Source of the DNA: Marsupella aquatica
Lineage: Eukaryota > Plantae > Marchantiophyta
Reading direction: 5' to 3'
DNA: 64,000 nt
Assembly: GCA_973895155.1 (NCBI GenBank)
Contig: OZ316894.1
Coordinates: 8,952,234-9,016,233, forward strand
Positions 13,590 to 25,441 of this stretch are shown piece by piece. Made by a program: the position numbers and the translations under genes. The notes beneath the pieces are model-generated. The model did not search any database, was not told where the DNA came from, and saw only the letters and a list, made by a program, of their open reading frames with translations. Numbering within the stretch: position 1 is the stretch's first letter; each line of letters opens with the position of its first letter.

Positions 13590-14447
13590 TGCTTCCTCCC
13601 AACCAAAACCTCGTCCAGGCACCACCGGATGCCGAAGGGATTGTACACGACAGGTATCAACCCCACTTTCTGATTTGCAGTACATCTCTCATGTATGTGG
13701 AACAAGGACGTCGTTCCCTCAGGTTCTGCAGGGATATTGATAGGCTCAGCTGTCGTAGATTTCCTCTCCAACAAAATGAGATGATTGGATCGCCTTCAAC
13801 TGAAACCACGGAGGAAATAAAATCCGTGGACTAAGCATCGGGCGAAGAACACCGACCCTCACTGTGCCATAACGAGAGTTTCCTGACTTTTCACAGAAGA
13901 CTCTTAAATAATTGCTTGTACCTTTCACCATTGTAACGTATGAAGGAAAATCATTGTCCAAGTAGCCATTCTGTGCAGTGTGTCTTGATGCTGTGATTTG
14001 AAAGCTGTAAATGCCTATACCTACTTTGTATGAACATTGGAAACGTCTATACGTCCAATTCTTGAGCAATTTCATGAATCTGCTCTGACAGGAAATCTAC
14101 TTAAGAGAACTGGGCATCCACCACTAACAGGAAATCATCATACGTGTTTCTGAGAATGGAAGAGGAAGTCTTTATTTCGGGAATCCGAATTTCAAGCTCC
14201 TTAGTTCCCGACATTCCAGAAAGAACTCTGATGGCGTTCATTATCTTCAATCTAGAAAAATAATCCATGAAGTAAACAGGATCCAAGAGCATATAGCCTC
14301 CGAGTCATACATCTGACTGAACATTCTCCAACCTCCAATTGAAAAACAGATTTATCAGGCTTTTAAGAATAAATTCTACTCTGCTTCCACACCCACGCGT
14401 TGTGAAACACGCGAGAGAAAAGTGATTAGAACCCGCTTCGATATAAA

Positions 14448-17400
14448 TCACGCTTTAGCACCAACCAATGGTTGTAACGTTTGACTTTCTAGAAGTAACC
14501 TATTGGGAGCAGCTCGTGCTAGCACTCCATCACTGACCCAGCCAGCCTCTGAAAGTACATGAGTGATATTTTCAAAATTCTTCTCCATGAGATGATGAGT
14601 GACCTGAAGAATGCCCCCTGTTCTACAATCAGTGACTAGATCCCCTGATTGGATGGGTCTATCGGTACTAAAGTTTAAGAAGTACACAGCTTGGACCATA
14701 GCCCTAAGCATATCTTGTGGAGATGCTCCTTCTTTCAAGATAACCTGCAACAAATTATCCAATGTTCTCGTTATTGGTTTTCAGATCGATTGCTGCCATT
14801 TTCGTTTCTATAAGAATATCCTCGACGAAGACAGATCCTGAATGAGCTTAAACCTGGATGTCACTTCCGAATACTGTGAAAACAATTTTAAAAACGTACT
14901 TGCAAATACACGCATCGAGTTTTACTGAATCGTAACCGCTAAACATTCTGTTTGATAGACATCTAAACAAACTCAAAGTTACTAATTCACCTTGATGTGA
15001 TCTCCTCCTTGCACTGCAAGAAGATACTTGTCCTTGGTGTACAGCTCCATAAGTGCCTCTGCTTCACCCTTGGTGCGCACCACAGCACCTAAGCTGACGC
15101 CAAGTTCAACATTCTTCTCAAAAATAGATGCTACCCTCTTTGATTCAGGAGATACTGTGTCCAACTTTCCCTGCACAACAGATGGACCCAATCAATCAAT
15201 GATCTTCACTGCTAGATATCTAGACGTGATTGTTGACAAAGTTGATTTTCACGTCCCTCACATCACCAACCGCAACTACGTCACATACAGTACCATGAAC
15301 AGATAAAAAAGGGCGGAAAACCAACCTGGTCTCTTCTTGGTTTGGGATCGAACCAGGGGACACCAAAAAATATAGGCTCTTCTGCGCTCACATCTTTGAT
15401 AGTTGGCACGTTCCCATTCTTCAAGTACTCAGCAAGTACTAGACCTAGACAAGCGAAGTAGAGAATAAATACACAACAAAATCCCCCTATGGATTAACTT
15501 AATAAGCTACTGCGGCGCTTTTTCTTTCCAAAAACTTCCTAGCCCTCACTGTCAATTTGTATCTACGCGAGACCATGACTACGCAATAAGCCTGCCCAAT
15601 TGTCAGAGCAGCTTGCAAAAGTAGAACATGTGCCTCCAAGGATGAAATACTGCCTCCAAACCCGGTGGCTCAACCCAAAGAATTGCGGGCATCACAGCTT
15701 GAGAAACAGTAGTCTCTGTTATTGTTTGAATGCCACTTCTCATTTTGATAACTTTTCCAAACGCAACAAGGAAAAGGAGTAACATTTTCACTGTTAATAG
15801 GGAACAGAAGACTTACTTGCGCGATATGGGTTTAATGTGCGCAAGTGCACAGCCTGATACGATTTCAAATTGCAAAATACGTGAAGAGCACTGACCACCC
15901 CAAAAGTGAGAACTAGTAATGGTCCTTGTGAGCCGACATAGCCTGATATCAAAATTCCTAATCCTATACCAACTGATTTGCTTGCCATCCCTTGTGCCTC
16001 TCCCTTTGCAATGATCTGTTCGGCAGGTAACAAGCATAGAAATTTCCTCTATATCAGAAACCTGAAGAGGGGAGAGGATGATTAAATGACTGAAACATCC
16101 AAAGTTTTACACTCAAAATCAAGAGAACTGCCATGTAATCACATTAGTACAAGTGCTAGCCTCTGCATTTCGAAGCGCGATGAAATGCCTCTGCATATCC
16201 CACCTCTGCAAAATTTCGTTGTGCCGCAAAATTGGCGTTGAAGCAGCTCTTTGTCGCAGCCTGAGAACAAGTCAATGCCGTTCGAGTTACAATCTCAAAG
16301 ATTAAGAATCTGGATAGGCCCAAAGCAGTGCTATGCATCCATAGAATTCATATGACTGTCAAACGAAGTTGGGTTTGAAAGAAACCTGAATTAAGCCTGC
16401 TGCCGACCGCCCAGCCCCAGCTGCAGCAGCCAAGTACACAAAGAGATGCGGAACCACGGGGGTGATCAACTCTAATCCATAAGATGCATTCTCGATGAGG
16501 TCAGACACGAGTCTCCATCCTTTGGGATGAACATCAAAATGACGTCCATACTTAGATAGCAGGATCTTACTTAGATATCCAATACCATCTCTCAGTACCC
16601 AGTTCACTGCAGCTGCTGTAGGAATAGCTCCTTTCCCCAACCCCACGGCATAAAGCAGTGCCTGAGCACAGACCAGTGACAAAGCAGCATTTAAAGGGGA
16701 GTCAGACTAAAAGTATGAATTTGATCTAGCACTAGAAAAGCAAGGACGAAAACTTGACCAACTAACAATGATGCTTCTCCATCATTTCTCGGACTAGGAG
16801 TGGATGATTCCAAAGGACATACAAAACTCGAGGTGCTTTTTTCTCGAGAAGCACAATCTCGTCTTGTCAATGAATGACTTCAGAGTGCGAAAAAGTTTTG
16901 AATATCATTATAAGCAGTTCTAAAAGCTTGACGACCAGGACCCCTTGCTGAGAATGAACTCGAAAGAACAAGGAATGTCACGACAACGATCACTCAGTCA
17001 CTTCTTCACATACAGAAAAGGGGAGCGAACCTGTGTGGTAAGAACCCCACTGATTTGGCTTGCGATAATCTGACCCATTCTCCAGTATGTGAATTCCATA
17101 TAGCCCTCGGTCACACTGCCCGGAAATCCTGCTGGAAGAAAAACTTGTCTCGCAAGTTCGTTGACCCAAATGCCCGCCTCCCGCACTTTCACTTTCAAGC
17201 TCTGTCTACTGTCCCACAGATTCAGCAATCCATTCTTATTCTGCAGTTCGTTCCTTCCCTGTTTTCTGGAGCTCTGCTCGTGAACTTCGGCTTCTTCCTG
17301 GTTAGGCTTGACAACATCAAAAACAAATTCATCTTGTTCCTCGACTACAATGTAACGCCTCCACTGACTACCTTTGACCTCCCAAACAGCCCCTTCTGCA

Positions 17401-18275
17401 AGCTCTTTCTCCTTCTCTTCTTCTTGATTCCATAGTACTCGCGTCTCTCCATCTTCCATTTCCTGGGGCTTGGAAAATGCCTTGGCATGGTTGCAATCTC
17501 CCAAATCCAGAGAGCAAAAGAGAAACCCTAACAAAAATGCAGGTACCGACCACGCCCATATCCCGCCTTTACTTCTACCTCGAAGCAGAGTTAATAAGCT
17601 AAAAAAAAAGTTGAAGCCGCCTTCATCAGAATTCGGGAAGTTCACCCCATCCCCACCGTCTCCTCCGTCTCCACCACTTCCGCCTCCTCCATCTCCACCT
17701 CCACCTCCCCAACCGCGACCGTTATCTGCACCGCCACCTCCAGTCCCTGCTACTCCTCTGAATTGGACAAGCTTGTACAAGAGCCCAACCTTCACATTCC
17801 GGGACTTAATACCTCGATGCTCCTCACGAGCATAGGTCCTGCCCTTCTTGCGAATTCTCCTTCCGTGAGGTGTGGAGGCGGATTCTCCGAGAAAGCAACT
17901 TGTTCTCCTGTTAGACTCATTCTCTTCAACGGAAGCCCGGGACAAATTCAAGCACTCTAACCGGACCAATCCGCCCAATACAACTTGAGATTGTTGATGA
18001 GCCCCTGAACAAAGCCCTAAGCTACGGTTTGATCCAAACGCCACCGGCTGCCTTATTTTACCATCTACCCTGCTTAAGCCATATCCTGGTCCAATCGCCA
18101 TCTCCTGCCCCGTCGTCCCATCTCCCCTGCTTAAACCTCCCCTAAATCTCATCGCCGCCTGTCGGTGCCTCCTTCCGAACCCATGAGAATTTCCAGCCAG
18201 GGAATTCCCATCCACGACCACTGGGTGAGAATCCAGGACCAGAGCCCTGCTCGTGGTGTGCAAGAGCAAACTCAT
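14448..18275 (-). CDS. RUS1: ROOT UVB SENSITIVE 1-like (DUF647/RUS family), probable plastid transit peptide
   Basis: Exons 18275-17031, 16661-16386, 16260-16204, 16015-15817, 15444-15326, 15170-14991, 14744-14448. Motifs [60 protein letters not shown]; Gly-rich stretch after the N-terminal extension. Confidence 0.93.
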
Positions 18276-18901
18276 GACTCCGGTCGATTGAGAATTGTCC
18301 TTGTAGCAAAACCCAAACTACACCTTTAGATGAATGGCGGTGCCGCTTCCTCCGCAATTACGTAGCATGGCTGCTGCACAACCTGGAGAACCTGCACAGG
18401 CGGAGAAGGATCATCAAGTGCCTGGAGCTGGAAGACATCATCATGGCCAGCAGGACAGACACGGAAACAGCTCTCAGGACGCAGAGAAATGCACCACAAT
18501 TGCAGGAAACGAAGGCACAACGCCAGGAAACGAAGAGAAGATGGTGCAACAGGAGGGAACAGGCAGGAGAGGAGAAAAAGAGTACAGCAGCATGAAGATT
18601 GCGACAGTGATAACGATCGCAGTAGTAAAGTACGTGATTGATGATGTTCAGAAGGATTCAGCTGAAGTATTTGTTGTTGGGTAGTTTGTGCATTGGAAAT
18701 TGCAGCAGTGATGAAAATCCCTTTGTGGATGAAGTGCCTGGCCCCGCCGGTCAGTCACCCTCGATGACGGTGCCCAGCCTAACTTTTCAAGCTTTTTTCC
18801 ATTTTCGCCCACTCTGAGAAATGTCACCCTTGAGTGAAGGAGAAGGTGCTACGAACATTCCTTATCTAACTTCCCTACAATACTTTCCCTAGATTACTTT
18901 C

Positions 18902-19041
18902 TGACCGTCAGATCTCTCACTAATTGCCTATTACGTTGTGACCGTCAGATCTTCACTAATTGCCAATTACTTTCGGACCGTCAGATCTTTCACTAATTGC
19001 CTATCACTGTCTGGCCGTCAGATCTTTCACTAACTGCCACT
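18902..19041. repeat. Four tandem ~35-bp units with core GACCGTCAGATCT upstream of RUS1
   Basis: GACCGTCAGATCT(T)TCACTAATTGCC repeated four times. Confidence 0.9.
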
Positions 19042-19136
19042 ATTTGGAAAGTTTGCAGTTGTGGATTAAAACAAGGCCAAGGGAGAGGCTCCCCTGGCCA
19101 CTGGAATAGTAACACACTAGGGATCTTTGTATAGGG

Positions 19137-19405
19137 TAATGCAGGTCTGGGCGCAGGGTTACTAGGCTGTAACCCTGCGTCCGGAATATGAAAAGAAACT
19201 GATCGGCAGCAGCCGGGAAGCTTCTTTGAATATTCCGGGAGCAGGTTACAGCCTATAACCCCAGCCCTGCCCTGCATTAGCATAAGTAACTCATGCCCAG
19301 AAAGAGGTTACCGACTCAACTTTTCAGGACACCAGATTATGACTATAGCAGGCCCCTGTAGAAATGGTTACACACCGGTAACCTCTTCTCCTGACAGGAT
19401 TTACG
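19137..19405. repeat. Two adjacent imperfect inverted repeats (foldback/MITE-like)
   Basis: Arms TAATGCAGG...TAGGCTGTAACC...CCGGAATAT and ATATTCCGG...GGTTACAGCCTA...CCTGCATTA (19137-19279); second pair AGAGGTTACCG / CGGTAACCTCT (about 19303-19385). Confidence 0.75.
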
Positions 19406-19825
19406 TCTACATTTAATGTCACGTGGCTAGGTGGGAAAACAGCTAGTGGACGAGAGTAAACCCAGCACAAGAGATATATTTGGTAGACCCCTAAATTGAG
19501 AAATGTTACTTGATGAACCTCATGAGGTTTTGGGTACGTTCATTAAGGTCTGGATCACTCATGGGGTCTCTCAAGTAATAATTTTTGTTTAGGGGTATAT
19601 CTCTCAAATGTTAACCAAAGATGGCTAAAACTTTTTAGAGAGATGAAATCTAGCTAATTTTGTCTTCTAAAAAGAAAGTTCAGGTGCCCCTCCACATGCA
19701 CTAACTGCCTAATCCTAATTAGCTGGTGTATTTGAATGCTGGTGGCAGCAGCTCCTCTCTTGGTTTACTTTTACTAAAGGATTATGCTGCATCCATGATC
19801 TCTTAATTATGGTGAACCTACCTTA

Positions 19826-20178
19826 GGGCCACTTTACAAGACGGGCGCGGCAATTTGAGTGCTTTCTACCAGGGCTGTAACAGAGCCCAACTTTTAGTGG
19901 TACGGTAGGACTCTAGACCAATCCAAGACAGGAATCCTAGGACTGCCCATTTTCGCACCTCCGGAGGTCCGATAGTCTAGCGCCCGGATGAGAGTCCCAA
20001 GCCGGCTGGCCCGAGCTGATCCATACCAGAATGCAGGTTCGGTTATTCCCGCAGCTCAACTTGCCGCGCCAGTCTTCTAAAGCAAGGAGCGCCCAGGGAG
20101 GCTGAAACAATGGTTGTGATTGATTTGATCATGAAAAAAGAGGGACTAAATTGCCGCGCCAGTCTTGTAAAGTGGCCC
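19826..20178. mobile_element. Tourist-like (PIF/Harbinger) MITE, 353 bp
   Basis: 31-bp TIRs GGGCCACTTTACAAGAC(G/T)GGCGCGGCAATTT with one mismatch; TTA target-site duplication at 19823-19825 and 20179-20181. Confidence 0.92.
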
Positions 20179-21079
20179 TTAGTTGCACACCGGGGGGCAT
20201 TGGCCATGCAGCTATACGGTTGAATACTTTCACAAACGCGCACTTGTTGTGTCGGGACTGGATGCAAATCCCCAATGATACAATCTGTCAACTTATAATT
20301 AATAGCTATTGTGCAACATGTCCATCTCCGTTTGAGGCGCTGCCAATTGTGATCACACACATCTGTGGTCATGACGTGCCAACCTTTCTCTAGAGAGTAC
20401 TTGTCAGGCTATGTAGTTTTCTACAGATTGAGCTCAGTCTTGTGTTTTTCTTGTTCATAACCAGTTGACAAGGCATTCTACCAAAGAGCACCCTCTACAG
20501 CAAATGAGCTTAACCTGCAATCACGCAGAGCGAATTTCCTGGCTACCCCAAGTGCTTTAGCACTGTTGGGTTCTTCCAAGCTACTGTAACTAATATTACT
20601 TTGCCTCACCAAGAGTGGTAATAGATACTAGTGGAGTAATAACACTAAAAAGAGTGGCAAAGTAAGACATGTCTTTCACACAATGATGGTTCCTTGCCCT
20701 GGCTGCAGGTTGTGGGATAGTCTGTATTCTGTTTAAAGCGAATCTGACACGAGACCTGGCGCAGATGAGATATTGGATATAGCACTGTAGGGGGTCCATT
20801 TGGCACGCAGAAAATTGTAGAGGCACAACCGTAAGAGAATTTCTCTGTCTCGCTTTGGTACTGAGCTTCATAGTGGAACCATTTACAGTAGTGCGAATGT
20901 TGTAGCTTCTGGAGATGATTGGAGGGCTCCTGTACCAAATTTATTTTGAAGAAAGGAGCCTGAATGCCCATTCTTTGAATATTAATAGAAATGATTACAA
21001 AAATCATCAGATCATCATTTTGACATACATAACATCTTATGATTCTTTCCATCAAAGTGACAGTGACAGTTGCCCCAAG

Positions 21080-21327
21080 ATCTTGATTTAACTAGGGTAA
21101 TACAATCCTAATCACAGGTTCCCCAAGTGAACTAGGGTAAGGCAATCCTAATTGCGGGTTGCATTGAGTTAATGAGGCCAGTGCAATCCTAATCACAGAT
21201 TCCCCTGAATTCAGTGGGCATGCAATCCTAATCATGGGTTCCCCGAGTTAATTAGGGCAATGGAGTTCTAATGTTTGGTTGCCCCGAGTTAATTAGGGTA
21301 ATTGCAATCTTAATCGCGGGTTTCCTG
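21080..21327. repeat. ~42-bp minisatellite (copy A)
   Basis: Unit close to GAGTTAA(C/T)TAGGGTAATGCAATCCTAATCGCGGGTTCCCC, about 6 copies. Confidence 0.85.
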
Positions 21328-21454
21328 TGAGGGGGGAGCTACTTAGCGTCAGCTGACTAGCCAATCAGCCCGGTGTGAACGTTGCGCAAAAAGGTGGGTG
21401 GCGAGCCGACCGAGACAGAGAGACAGAGCATTCAATCTAGACATTTTGTATGGC

Positions 21455-21737
21455 TTTTTTTTTGCCTTGAAAATCAAAAGGAGGCCCATCCAACAAAGGA
21501 TAGATGTCCTGCTATGGAGCATGCATTTCTATGTAGGGTGGCTACAAGGGGACACCCAAGGATCCAAGGACCCAAACCAAGAGGGAGAGAGAGGATTAAA
21601 CCAGAACCCAAAGTGGACAACCAGGGTCCAGGAGATAGTCAATACTCCCACCACTACACCCCACTCACACACCCACTCACACACATACCAGGATGAACTT
21701 GGGAGCACTCGGTTCTGGGATCATCAACTCACCAAAG
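21455..21737 (-). mobile_element. Putative tRNA-derived SINE, copy 1
   Basis: Present in duplicate copy A and absent at the matching site of copy B (about 28615). Homologous to 33268-33557. On the minus strand it has a degenerate B-box-like AGTTCATCC head and an A-rich tail. Confidence 0.6.
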
Positions 21738-22500
21738 CCCACCGGCAGCTACACATTTCTTCGAAGGTCCACCCAGGAGCAAAAGAGCGGAGAGTAGTAA
21801 GTAGCGCCGCCCATCAGGCTCCGGTTCGCCTTGATCATCAGTCGGTAGCTCCACCGGAGAACACGGCCTCGATCCTGCGGACGGGATTGCAGTTGTGGAG
21901 TCATCAGTCAATCGCCAACGAGCATATTTACGTTTTTGTGTTTGAATTTGTTCACTGTTGTCAGCGAAGTGGCGAAGCGCTGAGCAGAAAAGAGTTCCCC
22001 TGTTGAGCCAAGGAAGGAAGTGAACATCTGCTTTGGCGAACAAGCAGGGCGGTAGGAGAGATTTCATTTTCCTCTTTAAGGAAAGGAAGGAAGCAAACAT
22101 GAGTAAAGTAGCGAAGGAGCGGTGAGGTGAGGTGAGGTGAGGTGTGGTGTGAGTGAAGGAAGGGAAGGAGGATGGCTGTTTCGTCGTGTCGTTGGGTCGG
22201 GCAGATTCATGAATGAATGCCGGTGAGGACCACTGTAGGGGGGATTTGGGGAGTCTTTGACAGGCCGGGCTGTTGGCTGGACGTTAGAGTGGATGGTTAT
22301 GACGAAGTTCTCGTGCCGATGTGGAGGGGATTGACGCAACATGTAGCAGAGGAGGAGATCGCTGTCTGAACTGGGCAGATTCATCCATGTCAAGCTCGCT
22401 ACAGCTTTAGCTACTGTTCTGGATTGGGTTGTGATTGGACGCTGCCGTTGCCGATCAGTGGAAGATCTGCGGCATTTTTAATTTGAGGACGAGAGCAGAG

Positions 22501-22547
22501 ATGGCTTCGACCACGAGTACGCACAGCAGAGCTAAAAATGTGACGAC
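22501..22547 (+). pseudogene. Truncated 5' stub of HIT4 (MASTTST-HSRAKNVTT)
   Basis: Matches 29359-29429 with a 24-nt internal deletion; homology ends abruptly at 22547. Confidence 0.85.
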
Positions 22548-22870
22548 CCATTTGCACTTAAAAACGTGCAGAAAAGTGTAAAATTGTCGCTAAAACGAAA
22601 GGCCTTGCAATTACCCAGGGTTTGCACTTACGGAGTGTGCACTTATCAAGAGCTGAGTATAATGGCATGGAGTGTCTTTTCGCAGTGGTTCTTTTGTGCT
22701 CGATGCTCAGATGGACCACAACGTTTGACGTCGGGACTCGGATGGACCAAGATCTTTTGTCGTTGCTGAAGATTCCGTTGAAAACAAAGCTACGATTCTG
22801 AAGAAGTTCTGTAGAAGAAACTCTCGAGCGGAACAGTAGTCGAGGCAACAAAGACCCACAAAGCACTTTG

Positions 22871-22873
<3 letters not shown>

Positions 22874-22913
<40 letters not shown>
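22874..22913 (+). repeat. (AG)20 microsatellite abutting the start codon
   Basis: Perfect AG run directly before the ATG at 22914. Confidence 0.95.
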
Positions 22914-22918
<5 letters not shown>

Positions 22919-25326
22919 CTTCCAGGCGAAATGGATTCCTCAGGTGGCAGCGAGTCTCTTCTTCTTAATCGTTCTCCTGCAAGTCCCGTTTTTCAGGTAT
23001 GGGTTTGTTCCCACAATCCTTTTATCTGGCTTCAATCTCGAACGAAAATCTTGTGCTGCGAGACGGAACAAGATAGAAAACTGGCCTGGCCTGTGCGTTG
23101 AGTTGTGATAATTGGACAGAAGTGGAAACTAGGGATTTGTTTAGGTGAGTTGTTGTTCCTGTGATCCTTTGCCTGGATCCATTTTTTATCAATATTTTGT
23201 GCTGCGGGAAGAAAAAGCATGTAAAACCAGTGCAAAGTCCTGTTGTGTGCGTTGAGTTGTGGCGATTGGAGAGAAGTGGAAATCAAGATGGCCTAGTTTG
23301 TAGCTCTCATCTGCAATGTATATCGTCGTCTCCCGTTGACCGGTAATCTGTCTGCTGTGGTATCATGCGTTAGTGCGAATGCACCTTCCTTGTCAACGAA
23401 AATTACAGACTGTAGGGGGAAAGGTTGATAGTAGTTCAAGCAAAGAATTAAACACTGTGGCCTCTTGGCCTGAGGAACGAAGATTGGAAGCCACCTTTCG
23501 CAAATCATCCTTTCTCTTGTATCGGCATCTTGAAGTGCACAATGGCTCGTGGAATGCATGATGATAAGGATTCCGTGTGCGAGCAATCCCAGTATTGAAG
23601 CAAATCGATGTTAAATTGCAGTCCAGGGATGGAGAAACAAAGTCCGTTCTGAACCCTTGACATCAGGATACTTTTCCGATGCTGCTGTGCTTCAGCCTTC
23701 AGGGGATTGATATAAACTGGTTTAGAGGGAAGATCTGTACATCCATCCTTCTTCTGTGTTATTCAGGGTGTACCCGCAATGGATTGTTTTCCACTCAGCT
23801 ATGGTCAAAGACAAGTTGTACATGCGAGCGGTTGCAGCGAGTGAGCAAGATTTGCTCTCTGAAGTCGCTCCTCACTTCTCTGTAAAAAGGGAGGCCCTAG
23901 TAATTGCTGAGATTGGTTTCTCTGGCCTCGGCTCTAAAAAGAAACTGAAGAAGAAGCCTACGGTTAAATGATGCTCATCATAATCACACAAGGCTTTGGT
24001 TGACGCGTGTAAGGCGAACCATTTTTCCTAGTTGAAATTTAGATCACCGCACTAATAATATAGTCCAAGGTGTATATGATATGCAAGACGAGGACGTTGA
24101 TCATGGTGGATGTGGATCCGTGCTTAATTGGCTTTAACAAGGTTTGATAAGGAGCAGGTCAATAGTAAGGAGTCAACCACCCAGATGTATGCATTTATAA
24201 TTTGGCAGACCACGAGGTGTCTCATACATGGCAGATCTGTAAGCCTAATTATCTGAAAAGAACCAGTCTCACCAAATGCAATTGCTCGCTTTTATCACTA
24301 TATTGGGACTTGCTGGTTTTGTTGCGCACAACAAGAAGGCTCGTTGAAACTGTGTGTATGTTGAGCAGACGCTCGAAGCGGTTGTTTGCTAATCGAACTG
24401 CAATCTGAGTATCTCCTAAAACTCGGTTTTCCCCTGTTGTTCCAAAGAGTGCCATGCAGGACTGGAGTATGCAAGTCTCCTCTACAGGTGACCGTGGGTC
24501 AAGTGGCTGCTAGTGATGCTGTGCCACCGGTTGTACTGAAAGTTTTCCTATACCCAGGAGCTATCTTTCATCATCTGTACAAGGGCGATTCTCTTGTTCC
24601 TATATGGGGAAATCTTTTGCAAGAATATAATCTGACTGGTGATTTTGAACCAGCTGCGTCGGCCTACAAGTACCGCCTGGAGGTAAGTCCGGATCTGTTC
24701 ATAGGCTTGATGGCACATTGTTAACCGGATTTTCTGCTAGAGGTAGTGCAAGGGAGCTTGATGAGCTATCGTATATCTATATTCGTTCCGGTTCGACTTA
24801 GGGAATGAAGTGTCTGACACAATAATAGGCTACTGCCTTGCAAGGTACTTAGGGAATGAAGTGTGTCTGACACAATGATAGGCTACTGCCTTGCAAAGGT
24901 ACTTAGGGAATGAAGTGTGTCTGACACAATAATAGGCTACTGCCTTGCAAGGTAGACAATATGCATGTTACGGTTAATTTTCACAGTTCACCTTGGTCAC
25001 TGTTCTGGACCTTATTGCAGGTAGTTGCTGGTAGCTGTTTTGCTGTTGGGGGTGCTATAATATCACTTATTAAGCCAGGAAGGACCGGCATGTTTGGATT
25101 GCTGCTTATCATATGGGGTCTCATCAAGGATGGAATGTTTGAGAGAGCAGAGAACATTGGGAAAGACCCTGCCGACCTTGTGCGTGCAGAGCCAACACTA
25201 TTCTTTGCACTGGCTCTTGCCCTTCTTTCTGTCAGATTTGACATGAAGAAGGTCTCCAGGTTGGGAGCACCCATTGCGAAGCCACTGAGGAGCTCATCCA
25301 AATTAAAGCTGAAGAAGAATAAATGA
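22914..25326 (+). CDS. Conserved uncharacterised plant membrane protein (~207 aa)
   Basis: Exons 22914-22996, 24448-24682, 25021-25326 splice in frame: LLQVPFFRVPCRTGVCKSP...FLYPGA...RLEVVAGSCFAVGGA...KPGRTGMFG..LIIWGLIKDG...PIAKPLRSSSKLKLK. Several hydrophobic helices. Confidence 0.85.
23590..23971 (+). pseudogene. Fragment of a DEAH-box RNA helicase (DHX35/DEAH9-like) C-terminal OB-fold region, nested in intron 1
   Basis: The frame from 23657 reads LTSGYFSDAAVLQPSGD*YKLV*REDLYIHPSSVLFRVYPQWIVFHSAMVKDKLYMRAVAASEQDLLSEVAPHF. YIHPSSVLF...W..F...YMR.V.......L.EVAPHF is the DEAH OB-fold signature. Confidence 0.8.
24796..24953. repeat. Three tandem ~52-bp units in intron 2
   Basis: ACTTAGGGAATGAAGTGT(GT)CTGACACAATAATAGGCTACTGCCTTGCAAGGT x3. 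Confidence 0.95.
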
Positions 25327-25441
25327 CCTGTTGTCTTCACCTTCGCTCCTGAATCGAATCTGATATATTATCTTGCTCAATTAGTACCGAAGGCTCCCGT
25401 TGATATTGACCGTCGCAATTTTTTGAAGGCATGATTACGAG

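Larger units (their letters stand above)
20685..22547 (+). repeat. Local segmental duplication, copy A (paralogous to 25442-29429)
   Basis: 20685-21055 ~ 25442-25784; ~21080-21460 ~ 28190-28615; 21736-22547 ~ 28617-29429. The paired ORF translations are near-identical. Confidence 0.92.

Noticed and set aside
17470-17835. Proline-rich extensin-like ORF
   Set aside because: Antisense of the Gly-rich stretch of RUS1 exon 1.
19826-20178. MITE as a direct derivative of the Harbinger at 54176
   Set aside because: The TIRs differ (GGGCCACTTT versus GAGCATCTCC): same superfamily, different family.
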